Origin: Chiloscyllium plagiosum
Taxonomy: Eukaryota
Length of the DNA: 46,847 nt
NCBI RefSeq assembly: GCF_004010195.1
Contig: NC_057718.1
Location: 25,388,899 to 25,435,745 of the forward strand
Reading direction: 5' to 3'
Shown here: positions 33,234 to 46,389 of the stretch, piece by piece
Position numbering within the stretch: position 1 is the stretch's first letter
Layout: every line of letters starts with the position of its first letter
Notes under the pieces: generated by a model
What the model was told of the DNA's origin: nothing
The model's input: the letters and a program-made list of their open reading frames with translations, nothing else
Database searches by the model: none
Made by a program: the position numbers and the translations under genes

Positions 33234-36004
33234 GGATATGCGGTATTAATATTTACCTGTATGACCATATATTTTAATCTTTCTGTCCATTTGTTGACAA
33301 GATGGAATGATAAAAAATAGACTAACAGGTCATAATTCCTATGAGTGCATCAACACCAACTTCTGATAAGATGACACCTTGAATGTAATAAACCACCCCT
33401 AGGTACTTAATAAGAGCATTATCGAGCAAAATGTAATACAACTTCATCTGAAGAGATCTTAGAAGTGATGACCAAAATCATGGCCAAACTAATAGATTGA
33501 AAAGAATTCACCAAATACGGGATATATAGTAAGGAAGTAAGGTTTATGGAGGGAAATGCAAAGCTGACAACCTCTAAGCATGGGTCTCAAAAATGAAGTG
33601 AAAATCAGGAATGATCAAGAGATCAGAATTTAGAAAAACATATATATCTGAGCTGGTGTGTAGGGCTGTAGGATAGTACAGAGCTAAGAACGTTCGAGTC
33701 AGCGGGGTTGACTGAATTTTCTTTTTATTTGTTCATAGAATGTGGGTTTTGCTAACTAGGCCAGCATTTATTGCCCACAATTAATTGCCTAGAGAGCACT
33801 TAAGAATCAACCACATAGCTGTGGGTCTGGAGTCACATGTAGAAAGACCAGACAAGTTATTGCATAGATACAAAGTATATTTATGTATCTGAAAGGCATG
33901 TTCTACAAAATTAGTCAAGGTATCTAAAACAGTGTTGCTGTAAGTCTTTGGCTGGCTAGTGATTTCTATTGGATAGCAACTAATTTAAAATCGAATTATA
34001 AGCGCATGTGTAAGTATGAATGGACATCTTTTGTATCGCCAAAATGCATGAGTGTGGAATGAATTTATTTAAAAGTAATAAATATGGCAAAATTCCAATA
34101 AATGTCTTGGTTAGTAATTTTAAAATTCGGATAGAAACTCTTGCCCAGTGTACCATTTTGATTATTTGTATGTTTGGAATGGAATTGTTGCTGCTCTAGA
34201 ACCTTTTTAGCATAAATGTTGATAGTGAAATAATACCATATCAGACTTCCATGAAGCTGCAGAATCCAGGCAGATGCAGGAAACTAGCAATTCTGTTGGA
34301 GTAATCATTCCTAAAGGCTACAACACAGCATGGCACTGAACCTAATGCTAATATCATAGCAAAAAGCTACTTTAAAAGGTATCGGGCTGAAAAGACAGTA
34401 ACTACTATTCCTAAAAACCACACTACCCTTCTAGGGCCCATTTCATTTCTATCCAACTCTCCTTTAAAATTTCTCACTTTTTTCCCCCATTTTCTTTCTG
34501 GGTAATACATTCCTTGCATGCAACCAACCCCTACATAAAGGTATTAAACCTGATCTCTTCTAAGCTTCATGTTGCTTCTAACGTTTGCAGAAATTTTAAA
34601 ATTGTCTTTACCATTTCCTTAATAATCCTGAATGTCTCAATAGTATACTATTCAAGCCTTTTTTCCTCCCTTGATTAAATGTTTCCAGGCTTTTTACCCT
34701 CTCCTCACATTCCAGATACCTTAGGATGTTACTATTTGTGCTCTTTTCAGTGTCTGGATATTTCTATGACTGTGCTTAGATTTGTACATAATGCTCTATA
34801 TGTGATTGTTTAATGGCCTATGCAGCCGAAAGATCATTTTTTGAAATGTGCTTTATATTCCACTAGTTGTGCACCCAGTTAGCTTTTTGCTTTGCTGTTG
34901 CACATATTTATTACAGTAATCTATCCACCAATATTCAATGATTCCTCTTCTTAGATATCTTGAAAAATTTGGACTGTAGCATTAATTGCACAATTTTAAA
35001 TAACAATTTGAAATATTTTGTTTCTGTAATCTTGTGCAGTTCTTCTAAACATTGTATTATAACTATTCCAGGAGACCAGAAAAAGCCCATGTAAGTTTTG
35101 CAGTCTTTGTTTTCAGTTACTCTATTTTTACCTTTTTAATTGCACTTGTTTCCCTGTAGTTTTCTCAATTGTTCTTGTGGCATAATTTATGGTTAGCATT
35201 TCAGAATTGCCATAATGCAATTAATATTGTGTATCTTCAATGAATATTAGACATTTTATTCCCAGCATTGTCTTTGGTTCATGTCGCATCTTTCAATAAC
35301 AACCAGAAGAAATATTTATTTATAGAGAAAATTTATTGTAATTAAATCTTCCAAGACACTTTGCAAGAATGTTTGGTACAAAATGTGGAATATGCCATGT
35401 AAAGATATTTTAGTAGAGGTGACCAAAAGCTTGGCCAAAGAGGTGAGCTTTAAAGAACATGTTATAGGAATAAAGAGAAATAAGACCATAAGGCATTTGA
35501 TCAGATGTAGACTATTTCAGCTCAACATGTCTGCTCTGTTATACAATAAGACAATCGCTGATCTGATAATTCTCCACTCCATTTTCCAGCCTTTTCTCTG
35601 TAACCCTCACTTATTAAAATTCTGGCTATCCAAGTCTTGAAATATAGATAGGGAGGCAAAAAGGATTCAAGAACTTAGTATCTCGCTAGCTTTAGGCATG
35701 GCCACCAAGGTGAAACACTTACAATCATGGCTCCTGAAGAGGCCAGAATTATAGGAGTACAAAATAGTAATGAAAATAATTGCTCTTCCTTCAGTGCTGT
35801 TGGGTCAAAATTCTGGACTCCCTCCCCCACAGCACTGGAGATCTATCTAGACCAATGGATGACAGTGGGTAAGGAAGGCTACCTTTTCAAGGATAAGCAG
35901 GGATGGCCATAAGGTTTTGCCAGCCAGCAAGGTTTATATTGCTGAATAAATGAAAAAGGCATGGATTTGGATTTTAGCAGCAAATGAGCTCAGATAGGGA
36001 GCAG

Positions 36005-36154
36005 GAGAATCGACGTTTTGGGCATAAGCCCTTCTTCAGGGCTTATGCCCGAAAAGTCGATTCTCCTGTTCCTTGGATGCTGCCTGACCTGCTGCGCTTT
36101 TCCAGCAACACATTTTCAGCTCTGATCTCCAGCATCTGCAGCCCTCACTTTCTC
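36005..36154. mobile_element. Penelope-type short element (family A) with short inverted arm
   Basis: Perfect 16-bp TSD CTCAGATAGGGAGCAG (35989-36004, 36155-36170); GGGCATAAGCCC...GGGCTTATGCCC inversion. Confidence 0.8.
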
Positions 36155-37741
36155 CTCAGATAGGGAGCAGTCAGGCATTGTTTTAGTTGAATTTAGCCTA
36201 TCATGATGATGGCACTGGCATTTGGGTTAAAGTGACACTGAGGTTGCAAACACTCAGTTTTGGATTCAGAAAGTTATAAGGGAAGGGAATGGAATTGATA
36301 GCTGGAGAACAGTTCATGGTAGGGATTGTACAAATTGGCTTCGGTCTTACTAATAATTAATCAGTGGTAATGTTTGCTTGTGCAGTACCACATATTAGGC
36401 AAGTAGTCTGGTTATTCAGTAACAGTGATGAGATAAAAGTATGTATCCTTAGCCTGGGTTTAAAACTAACAGAATGGATAGCCAAAGGTTGGGGGGGCGG
36501 GGGGAGCAAGAAATGAAACTTTGCAGAGATCACTGTCCTGAAGCAAGAGGGAAGCCATTTCAGGTACTCTGACTATGTAACTCGGAGTGTGTGATCCTGC
36601 CCATCTGGATGACAGTGGAGAAGTGTTGGAGGTGAATAATATGATCAACCATGTCAAAGGCTGCAGGCAAGGCACAGAGATAAGTAAAGATAGTTTGCTT
36701 TTATAGCTACAAAGGGTTTATATGTTTGGTGAGTATCTTTTCAATAACGTGGAAAATAGGGAGGCATCGTTTTGAGAGAATTGTGTCAATAAATTTCAAC
36801 CAAATTTCCAAATCTTGGAGATCAAGTTTCTGCAGCTGGGAGCACTTTCTGCACATGTGACCATATAGGACACCAGTAGGTTGGTGTCTTCCCACATATT
36901 ACAGGTCACACATTCCAATTGACTGATCTGAGCTGCCATGTCTTAAACTTACTTCACCATGTCTGCTCACTTACTTTCTTAATTATGCAGTCTTAAAGTT
37001 ACTCTTTTGGTGTTAACTTTACTCTTCTTTTCTTTATCATACTTTGGCTTCATTATATTGTCCCTGATCTTCACTTATCCATGATATTTCTGAGCTAATC
37101 CCTTAATAATACAGTTTACTAATCTACAGTCATATTGGGACAGCTCCTAATGGGCTGAGTGAGGTGCGGTTAAAGTTAGCATGATTAGCCCTAACATGAA
37201 GTTCATGAGAGGGTATAATGTGCAGTTGAAGTTACAAACACATTGGGTCTTCACAACCCCTTCTGAAGATGCTGAGAGACACAGTATAGGAAGCTGCAGG
37301 CTTACCTAACAGTGAGTCAAGGTAAGGATGATGGTAAGACAGCGGGAATACACAAGGTGCACTGAATGGGTGGCCTAGGATTTGGGGGGTCAGAGTAACT
37401 GAGACATGATGAGTAACAATAGAGCAGAGGAGTTCAGGTGGAATAAAGAGGAAAGAGGTTAAAAAAGAAATAAAAAAGTGGAAATTGAAGTGATGACTGG
37501 GAATCTGATCAAGCTGCCAAAATGATGATGTGAATGGGCATAGTAAGTCTGCTGACATAGCAGTCATTAGAATGCCAAAAAACTCGATGGAAAATAGTAA
37601 GACAGATCAGGATCCCAGAGTTCAAATAAAAGGTCGAGAGATGGGATTCTGATCATATAGATAGCATGAACAAATTTAGAGACGAGTGAAGTTCAGAAGC
37701 TATTTAAGGGTAGAGTATTGAAGATTATATTATAGTTATAT

Positions 37742-38117
37742 GATTAGATTACTTACAGTGTGGAAACAGGCCCTTTGGCCCAACAAGTCCACACTGACCC
37801 TCCGAAGAGTAACCCACCCAGACCCATTTCCCTCTGACTAATGCGCCTAACACTATGGATAATGTACCTGTTCCCTGGATGCTGCCTGACCTGCTGTGCT
37901 GTTCCAGCAATAAAGTTTCAACTATGGATAATGTAGCATGGCCAATTCCCCTGACCTGCACATCTTTGGACTGTGGCAGGAGACCAGAGCACCCGGAGGA
38001 AACCCACACAGATATGGGGAGAATGTGCAAACTCCACACAGACAGTCACCCAAGGCTGGAATTGAACCTGGGACCCTGGTGCTGTGAGGCAGCAGTGCTA
38101 ACCACAGAGCCACCATG
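37742..38117 (-). mobile_element. tRNA-derived SINE (HE1-like) with nested family A fragment at 37867-37920
   Basis: Reverse complement of the SINE with (GATTA)n tail; insert flanked by perfect 15-bp ACTATGGATAATGTA (37852-37866, 37921-37935). Confidence 0.85.
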
Positions 38118-40573
38118 ATCGATATATTATATTTATATTATATATGAGCAAACTTGAAACCCATCCATCAGTAGGAGAGTGTGGTCAAAGCAAGCTAACC
38201 TCAAAAAATATTCAGAAAATTCAAACTATATCAAAAGGTCAGTGCACTGTGTCACAGGAGGGGTAGGATACAACTCTGTGGTATGGCAAGATCTTGATCA
38301 CAGGTTTGTACTGAGAGTTACTTCCTCACGGAGTGTAATTACAATCAAAACAACTCTTCAAGAAATTTGGATAAATGGAGATGTGGGGTGTTAAATGTCT
38401 AACAGCTGTTCGCTGAAGGAGGGGATTAGAAGTCAATATTTATTCAGTTTACATGTATTCACAAAGTGAAATCATTCACGTATACAGCTCTGTTCCTATT
38501 CACCACACTAATGTCAAAAAATGCCTCTTTTTTATCTACTTAAATAATGGATTTGCATCAACCATTAATCCTTGTCCATAATTTGTATAATTAACAAGGG
38601 AGGTGCCTCTGACTTAAATTCTCAACAGTGTCCTCAAGGCTTTTCTAATTTTCTTTTCTGCACTTTCTGAACTATATCTAGTCCTGGTTCAGCAAAAATA
38701 TGAAAAGAAAACCATAAATGATGAAGCTATTAAAATATTATATTAAAGAATAAATAATTACATTGATCATATATGGTTGAGACAGATTAAAGTATACACA
38801 ATATGTCTAATCTTGTAATACCATATTATATTCATGTGCAAGGCGCACATACCGAATTTTGATCTATGCACTCACTAACATTCCAACTTTAAACTGGTCA
38901 ACCTGTTATCATGTCATTAAAGAAGCATTGAACACATAAGCCATTCTTTATTATTTAGTTACTTTTGCTTGCTTCTCCATGTAAACGCCATAATCCATGT
39001 CCTTTCATATTTACAGCCCAGTGTGCGAGTGTGGCAGCTCCAAAGCATTGTCTTTCAATATTAGCTCTGAAATGTGAGCTAGAAATGCCAAGCCCAAGTT
39101 GCACTTTTAAATTAGCATCTGATTGGATTTGTTTAGCTGACATGCAAAGGAAGCAAATATTGCAAGGTATGCATTGGCCATGTTAGTTTGAGGCTGAAAT
39201 TTTTCATGTTCGTTCTTCAATAATGATCGGCTGATCTAGTGACAATTTGATGCTAGATGGGTGATTCAGGAGATGCGTAATTCATGCAATTGCCCCTATC
39301 AGGGCATCAAATGCAAAGAGTACACCACCGCTGAACAGAAGAATAATGATTTACTCTTCCCACTCTTCATATGGTGGCAAGCATTTGGTATTGTTATTGC
39401 ACAGTTGATATTTGGATCACAGATAGCAAAGTTTCAGCATCAAGTTCTTGTGAGCAACTTGTAGCCTTTGTCAGAGAGCATCCCCTCAACCTTTATGTTG
39501 CTATCATTGATGACCTTTCATCTTCCCCTCATAGTAGGGATAGGGATAGAAGACATTTGTGTGACTGCAGGGAAATGGACGAGTCGAGGAAGCAGAGTGA
39601 CTTGAAGAGGATCTTGAACAACCATGTATTGAGCTAATCACTAAATTAAATAGAATGAGGATATCTGTTGAATGGCAGCCTCACAATTCACATTAAAATT
39701 ATAATGTTGAACATATATGATCAAATACATTGCCAAATGAAACAAGAACACAGTAAGCAGACACGATCCTTGATAACAAGCATATTAAAAGATATATGAA
39801 GAGGAAAAAATGGCTTATTCAATGTCTGTAGGAATGTAAACATTAAAAGGGTAATTGGAACAAAGATTCGATATTAGATTCTGTGTCATTCCTTGGTTTT
39901 AAAGTTCAAGGAACATCACTGTGATGAGAACACAAACATATGAAAACTAATAAAATAACTTGCTGAATAGTAAAAGGTCACCTGCAACAAAAGAAAATGC
40001 AAGAGTGTCTAAACATAACAGTAAAAAATGTTTCAGTGGCACAACAGCAAGAACATGATAATGCACCATAGCTGGGTGAAAACATGTGACGGAGTGACAA
40101 TGGGGTATGGGGGATGAACAGGCAAAAGAGCAGGATATGGACCTCAGCAACCCCGACTCCTCTCACCACCCTTTCTGAATCAAGACCCAATGAACAAGTA
40201 CTGAGTCCTTTTGAACAATGTGATCAATGCGTGGAATGAACTTCCAATGGAATAGTGGCCAAGTGTGCCACACTGTGGCTTGGGTCAGATTATTTCTTGC
40301 TGGATATGACGCAAGTGTATGAATGAGTCTAACGCTGTTACTCATGATCCTGAAAAATGCCCAATCTGCTCAGATTACCTGGAAGGGTAAGGCTTGTTGC
40401 TAACAGGATGCCATTGCCAGGCCAAAAAGATGTTCTGCTATCACATCAATAAGTAATGTGGTACATGGATTTCAGTAGCAGTGTGATTCTAGCACCAATC
40501 CAAAAACTGGTGGATTGTATCATTGGCATGTCTCTTCAGCTGCTCACAACAACCGAGGTGCTGACCAAAGCAA

Positions 40574-40745
40574 AAACTGAAAGAACTGTGGATGCTGTAA
40601 ATCAGAAACAAAAACAGAAATTGCTGGAAAAGCTCAGCAGGTCTGGCAGCATCTGTGAAGAGAAATCAGAGTTAATGTTTTAGGTCCAGTGATCTTTCCT
40701 CAGAACTATTCTGAGGAAGGGTTACCTGGACCTGGAATGTTAACA
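40574..40745. mobile_element. Penelope-type short element (family D) with inverted degenerate hammerhead cores
   Basis: 13-bp direct repeat CTGACCAAAGCAA (40561-40573, 40746-40758); TTCCTCAGAA-CTA-TTCTGAGGAA palindrome. Confidence 0.75.
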
Positions 40746-41584
40746 CTGACCAAAGCAACCTGTGTTTGCAAAACTTCAAACACAGTGGCTAACATCGGAC
40801 ATTATTGCATTAGTGAAGACCATTTGCTAAATAATCTCGATTGTGCAATAAATTATGCCGGCAAACAGTGTAGGTTCAATGGGCCAAAGAACCTTAGATG
40901 ATTCTATACTTCTTACTAACTTAATATTGTAAGTGAGGCTCACAGTGTGGCATGTTTGCCCACACTGTAAGATAGATGCAATAATACTCATTGCCATGTA
41001 TTTTGCAGACCGAACACATGGACACACTGCCCTGTCTCATCTTAACAAGATAGGTGGCTGCCATTCTCTGGTTGATTTCTCAGGGATTACCCCTGATCAA
41101 TCAGAGTCCACCTGCCTGGATTAAAATTTAAACAAAACTTGACAGTCAGCTTTCAGTCTTCACCTAACTGGTGCCTTTTCTATGGCAATGCCTCTCCAAA
41201 TCAGATTCTGCTCACGGAAGTAAGAACAAGGAAGAACGGTAGGCCATTCGGCCCTTGAAAGCTGCCCTACCATTCAATAAAAACATGGCTGATCTCATGT
41301 TAACCTCAACTCTATATTCCTGTATATCCCTGATAATCTTGCATCCCCGGTCATCAAGAATCTATCGACCTCTGCCTTAAAAATATTTAAAGAATCTGCA
41401 AGCATTGCCTTTTAAGGATGGGAACTTCTAAAAGAGAGAAGTTAAATATTATTTTTCATTCATTAATGAGATGTGGGCATCACTGGCTGGGCTAGTGTTT
41501 TACTGTCCATCTATAGTAGCCCTTGAGAAGCTGGTGGTGAGCCGTCTTTTGAACTGCTGCTGTCCATTTGACAGTGACACCCAG

Positions 41585-41845
41585 TTTAAAGTGATGTCCA
41601 AAAGATGCAAGGGTGATGTGAGGAAAAGCTTTTTCACACAGTGAGCTGTTAGAGGATGGAATGGACTGCCTGGAAACCTGGTTGAGGCAAGTTCAATCGA
41701 GGCATTCAATAGATTAATGGATTTTTTTTAATTGTAATGGTGTGCAGGGCTATGGGGAAAAGACATAAGATTGGCACTAGATAATGGAACCAGCCAGATA
41801 ATTAAGCCAGTTCAGGCATGATAGATTGAATGGCTTCCTTCTGTG
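41585..41845 (+). mobile_element. CR1 LINE 3' fragment
   Basis: GATGTGAGGAAAAGCTTTTTCACACAGTGAGCTGTT...TGGAATGGACTGCC...GAATGGCTTCCTTCTGTG. Confidence 0.6.
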
Positions 41846-42597
41846 ATTTGGTGCTGGCCCATCCACAATGCTCTTAGGGAGAGATCTCCAGGACTTTAAC
41901 CCAGCAACACTGAAGGGACACTGAAGGGACAGGATGGTGTGTGTGCTTTGGAGAGGAATTTGCAAGTGGGAGAATTGTTAAGTATCTGTTGCCCTTGCCC
42001 TTCTAGATAGTAATAGTCATGGGCTCGGTATTGCTGTGTAAGAAGCTGTCTCACATTTCTGCGGAGTATCTTGTAGATTGTACACACTGCTGACACTGTG
42101 CACCAAAGGGAGCCAGAATGAATATTTGTGGATGTGGTGTCAATCAAATGGGCTTGATCGTTTTGGACTGTGTTCAGTTTCTTCAGTCCTGTTGGAGCTG
42201 CACTCATTCAGGTATGTGAGGAGTATTTTTACTGATTTAGCAGAACAGCCTGGCAGCTATGTCATTTTGGATTCAACTAGTTCAGTCAGTAGTGGTGCTA
42301 CTACCACAGTTGCCCCAGAGTATATTCATGCCCTTGCCACCCTCAGTTCTTCTGCCAAATGATGTTCAATATGGTAGAGTACTGATTCAACAGCTGACAT
42401 GCAGACAGTACTTTGTATGCAGCAGGAAATTTCCTTGCCCATATTTGAACTGGTGTCATGAGAGTTCACAAGATCCAGAGTCTCTCCTGCTTGTATATCA
42501 CAGTGCTGCCTTCATTGCTGTGGGGATGGTGATGGTATAGTCTGGGACATGATCTGTAAGATACAACATTGTAAGTATGATCATGTCAAGCTTTAGA

Positions 42598-42656
42598 ATT
42601 AGATTAGATTACTTACAGTGTGGAAACAGGCCCTTCGGCCCAACAAGTCCACACCG
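42598..42656 (-). mobile_element. SINE 3' tail running into the assembly gap
   Basis: ATTAGATTAGATTACTTACAGTGTGGAAACAGGCCCTTCGGCCCAACAAGTCCACACCG. Confidence 0.8.
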
Positions 42657-42752
42657 NNNNNNNNNNNNNNNNNNNNNNNNNNNNNNNNNNNNNNNNNNNN
42701 NNNNNNNNNNNNNNNNNNNNNNNNNNNNNNNNNNNNNNNNNNNNNNNNNNNN
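42657..42752. other. Assembly gap (96 N)
   Basis: Run of N. Confidence 1.
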
Positions 42753-42863
42753 TCTGCAGATGCTGGAGATCAGAGCTGAAAATGTGTTGCTGGAAAAGCG
42801 CAGCAGGTCAGGCAGCATCCAGGGAACAGGAGAATCGACATTTCGGGCCCTTCTTCAGGAATG
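42753..42863 (-). mobile_element. Penelope-type family A arm
   Basis: CTGCAGATGCTGGAGATCAGAGCTGAAAATGTGTTGCTGGAAAAGCGCAGCAGG..., reverse complement of 36060-36140. Confidence 0.75.
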
Positions 42864-42979
42864 TGGGACAGCTCTCCGAAATTTGCATAAACTGGCTATG
42901 TTACGAAGGATGAATTTGCACACTCAACAAGATTATGTTTGGTATTGTCATTTCTCGTTCCTAGGTCAGGACCCTGGCC

Positions 42980-44215
42980 TTTTTTTTATTCACTCATGGA
43001 TGTAGGTGTTGTTGGTTCACCAGCACTTATTTCCCGTCCCTCGTAGGTGATGGTGAGCAGTCTTCTTGAACTGCTGCAGTTTACGCACTGTAGATTGTCC
43101 CACCGTGCCCTTTGGGAGGGAATTCCAGGATGTTGACCCAGAGACAGTGATGGAATTACAAGTCAGGAAGGTAAGTGGTTTAGAGGGGAATGTGCAGATG
43201 GTGGTATGCCCATGTTTCTGCTGCCCCTGTCCTTCTGGATGGAAGTGGTTGTGGGTTTGGAAGGTGCTGTTGAAGGATGTTGATGAATTTCTGCAGTGCA
43301 TCTTTGGCTACCAAGTATCGATGGTAGAGGCAGTGGATGCTTACGGATTTTCTGATAATCATGCAAGCTGCTTTTTCTTGGATGGTGTCAAGTTTCACCA
43401 GGGTTGTTGCAGCTGTTGCAGACAAGTGGGCATTATCCATCACACTCCTGATTTGTAACTTGTGGACAGTGAACAAGCTTTGGAGAGCCAGGAGGTGAGT
43501 TACTTGTTTCAGTATTCATAACCTCTGACCTGCTCTTGTAGCCACTGGTTACTAGTTGTTGATAGTGGGGGATTCAGTGATGGTTACACCATTCAATACC
43601 AAGGGGCGATAGTTAGATTGTTTCCTATTGAAAATAGTCATTACCAGGCAGTTGTGTGACACAAATGTTACATGCCACTTGTTTGCCCAAGCCTGGATAT
43701 TGGCCTGATTTAGTTGCATTTGAACATGGACTGTGTCAGTACTTAAGGAGTTACAAATGGTGCTGAATATTGTACAATCCCCAGTTCTGACCTTATGGTG
43801 GAGGGAAGGTCATTGATGAAGCAGCTGAAGATGGTTGGACCTAGGACACTAGCCTGAGGAGAAATGTCAAGGAGCTGAGATGGTTGACAGGTAACCGCCA
43901 CAACGATCTTCCTATGAGCAAGGTATGACTCCAACCAACAGAACTTTCCCCCCCACCCCCACCGCCCCCCAATACCCATTGATTCCAGTTTTGCTAAGGC
44001 TTCTTGATACCACACCAGGTCGAATGTAGCCCATGATGTCAAGGACTGCCACTCTCACCTTACCTCTGGAATTCAGCTCTTTTGTCAATGGTTGAACCAA
44101 GGCTGTAATGAGGTCAGGAGCTGAGTGGGCCTGGAGGAACCCAAACTGAGCAGGTTATTGCTGAGCAATTGCTGCTTGATAGCACTGTTGATGACACCTC
44201 AAATATTTTACTGAT
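42980..44215 (-). mobile_element. Decayed L2/CR1-group LINE RT fragment (related pieces at about 41450-42590 and 46395-46680)
   Basis: Minus-strand peptides KVRVAVLDI, ATFDLVWYQEALAKLESMGI, PQASVLGPTIFSCFINDLPSTIRSE, KLDTIQEKAACMI. Confidence 0.8.
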
Positions 44216-44585
44216 CAAGACTAGACTGATGTCATCTGTCTGGTTTTATCCCTTTTCAAAATTATTCAGTGGTTTTGTTTACAACAAATTGGATCGCTCA
44301 GCCATTTTGGAGAGCAAATAAGAGTTCTGAATTATGTCAGGAAGAGCTGCAGAAGAAACCATGCAAAATATAGTTGGCAAAAATAGAATTCTACATTTTA
44401 AACCCAGAAACTTTCTTGCAAAGAAGGAATGTATTGATTGATTGGACCAAGTGCTCTGTTACCAAATCTCTGCCTTTTTGCTGGACAAAGCTTTGACACT
44501 GTATAAAGTGCAATTTCAGTGAACAACACCAGAGGGCAGCATTATCCAATTAAAAGATTTTTTTAGCAGTCTGTCGTCAAATGTA

Positions 44586-44698
44586 CGAGAGAAAGTGAGA
44601 AAGTAAGCCTAAAAGAAGGGCTTATGCCCGAAACATCGATTCTCCTGTTCCTTGGATGCTGCCTGACCTGCTGAGCTTTTCCAGCAACACATTTTCAG
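44586..44698 (+). mobile_element. Penelope-type family A short element
   Basis: AGAAGGGCTTATGCCCGAAACATCGATTCTCC; near-TSD CTGTCGTCAAATGTA (44571-44585) / CTGTAGTCAAATGTA (44699-44713). Confidence 0.7.
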
Positions 44699-44716
44699 CT
44701 GTAGTCAAATGTAGTC

Positions 44717-44917
44717 ATGATTTGGAGATGCCGGTGTTGAACTGGGGTGTACAAAGTTAAAAATCACACAACACCAGGTTATAGTCCAACAGGTTTAATT
44801 GGAAGCACGACCTTTCAGAGCACTGCTCCTTCATCAGGTGAGTGGCGCTCCAAAAGCTAGTGCTTCCATTTAAACCCATTGGACTATAACCTGGTGTTGT
44901 GTGATTTTTAACTTTGT
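44717..44917. mobile_element. Palindromic Penelope-type short element (family B)
   Basis: ACAAAGTTAAAAATCACACAACACCAGGTTATAGTCC and its exact reverse complement; minus-strand CAC-CTGATGA-A-GGAGC-AGT-GCTCT-GAA-AGGT-C-GTG at 44806-44840. Confidence 0.8.
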
Positions 44918-45075
44918 GATCAAATAATTAGCAATAGCTTTATGTCTTATCTAAAATAATTAAGAGGTAACTTTTTAACAATCATATAAATAAAGCTATG
45001 TATTATATTTAAGGTGCGTATTTCTAACTGCCCTCTTTCTGAGTGCTTTACCTAGAAACCCAATTTATTCTATCC

Positions 45076-46389
45076 CACTAATACCCTAATCCACTCTTTC
45101 CTTTTATTCCAAAGTCTTCAAAAGTGCTGTCGGACCTTTCTCAGTGTTCCTCATTCAATGCCTGGGGGACCTGGGTTCGAATCCCGCCATGGCAGAGGGT
45201 GGAATTTGAATACAACTTTTAAAAATCTGGAATTAAGAGTCGAATGAGGACCATAAATCTGTTGTTGATTTTTGGAAAAGCCCAGCTGGTTCACTAATGT
45301 CCTTCAGGGAAGGAAACTGCTATCCTTACCTGGTCTGGCCTACATGTGACTTCAGACCCACAGCAATGTCATTGACTCTTAACTGCCCTCTGGTTAATTA
45401 GGGATAGGCATTAATGCTGGCCTAGCCAGCAATGCCCTCATCCTGTGAATGAATACATTAAAAAAAAGACCATCACATTGGATTTTCCAGTCTACGGTTG
45501 AGTGCTATGTCCCTTAACATCACAAATGACACATTATACAAACTACAATGACTGTGTGCGGTTTCTCATATTCTTCAAGAATTCTGATGATTTCAACAAT
45601 GATGCTCATTTAAATTTCATTTAAAGTTAATTAAATTAAAAAGAGAACCACTGTCTTACCATAGCTGCTCTCTACAAGTCATTGAGACATTTATTGTGCT
45701 GTTCTGGTGTTGTGATGTTAAGGGACATAGCACTAATACCCTAATCCACTCTTTCCTTTCATTCCAAAGTCTTCAAAAATGCTGTCGGACCTTTCTCACT
45801 GTTCCTCATTCAATGCCTGGGGGACCTGGGTTCGAATCCCGCCATGGCAGAGGGTGGAATTTGAATACAACTTTTAAAAATCTGGAATTAAGAGTCGAAT
45901 GATGACCATAAACCTGTTGTTGATTTTTGGAAAAGCCCAGCTGGTTCACTAATGTCCTTCAGGGAAGGAAACTGCCATCCTTACCTGGTCTGGCCTACAT
46001 GTGACTTCAGTCCCACAGCAATGTCATTGACTCTTAACTGCCCTCTGGTTAATTAGGGATAGGCATTAATGCTGGCCTAGCCAGCAATGCCCTCATCCTG
46101 TGAATGAATACATTAAAAAAAAGACCATCACATTGGATTTTCCAGTCTACGGTTGAGTGCTATGTCCCTTAACATCACAAATGACACATTATACAAACTA
46201 CAATGACTGTGTGCGGTTTCTCATATTCTTCAAGAATTCTGATGATTTCAACAATGATGCTCATTTAAATTTCATTTAAAGTTAATTAAATTAAAAAGAG
46301 AACCACTGTCTTACCATAGCTGCTCTCTACAAGTCATTGAGACATTTATTGTGCTGTTCTGGTGTTGTGATGTTAAGGGACATAGCACT
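45076..46389 (+). repeat. 655-bp tandem duplication (45076-45730, 45731-46385)
   Basis: Constant 655-nt offset at several markers; CACT microhomology at the junctions; about 7 substitutions. Confidence 0.95.
45162..45468 (+). mobile_element. tRNA-derived SINE, SacSINE1/DeuSINE-like (second copy 45817-46123)
   Basis: B-box GGTTCGAATCC, central CTGGTTCACTAATGTCCTTCAGGGAAGGAAACTGC domain, tail GAATGAATACATTAAAAAAAA. Family name from recollection. Confidence 0.7.

Noticed and set aside
33300..44500. Additional host exons (for example SLC30A6, YIPF4 or NAIP) downstream of the ANKRD9-like gene
   Set aside because: No recognisable peptide in the ORF track or by eye; small exons could have been missed.
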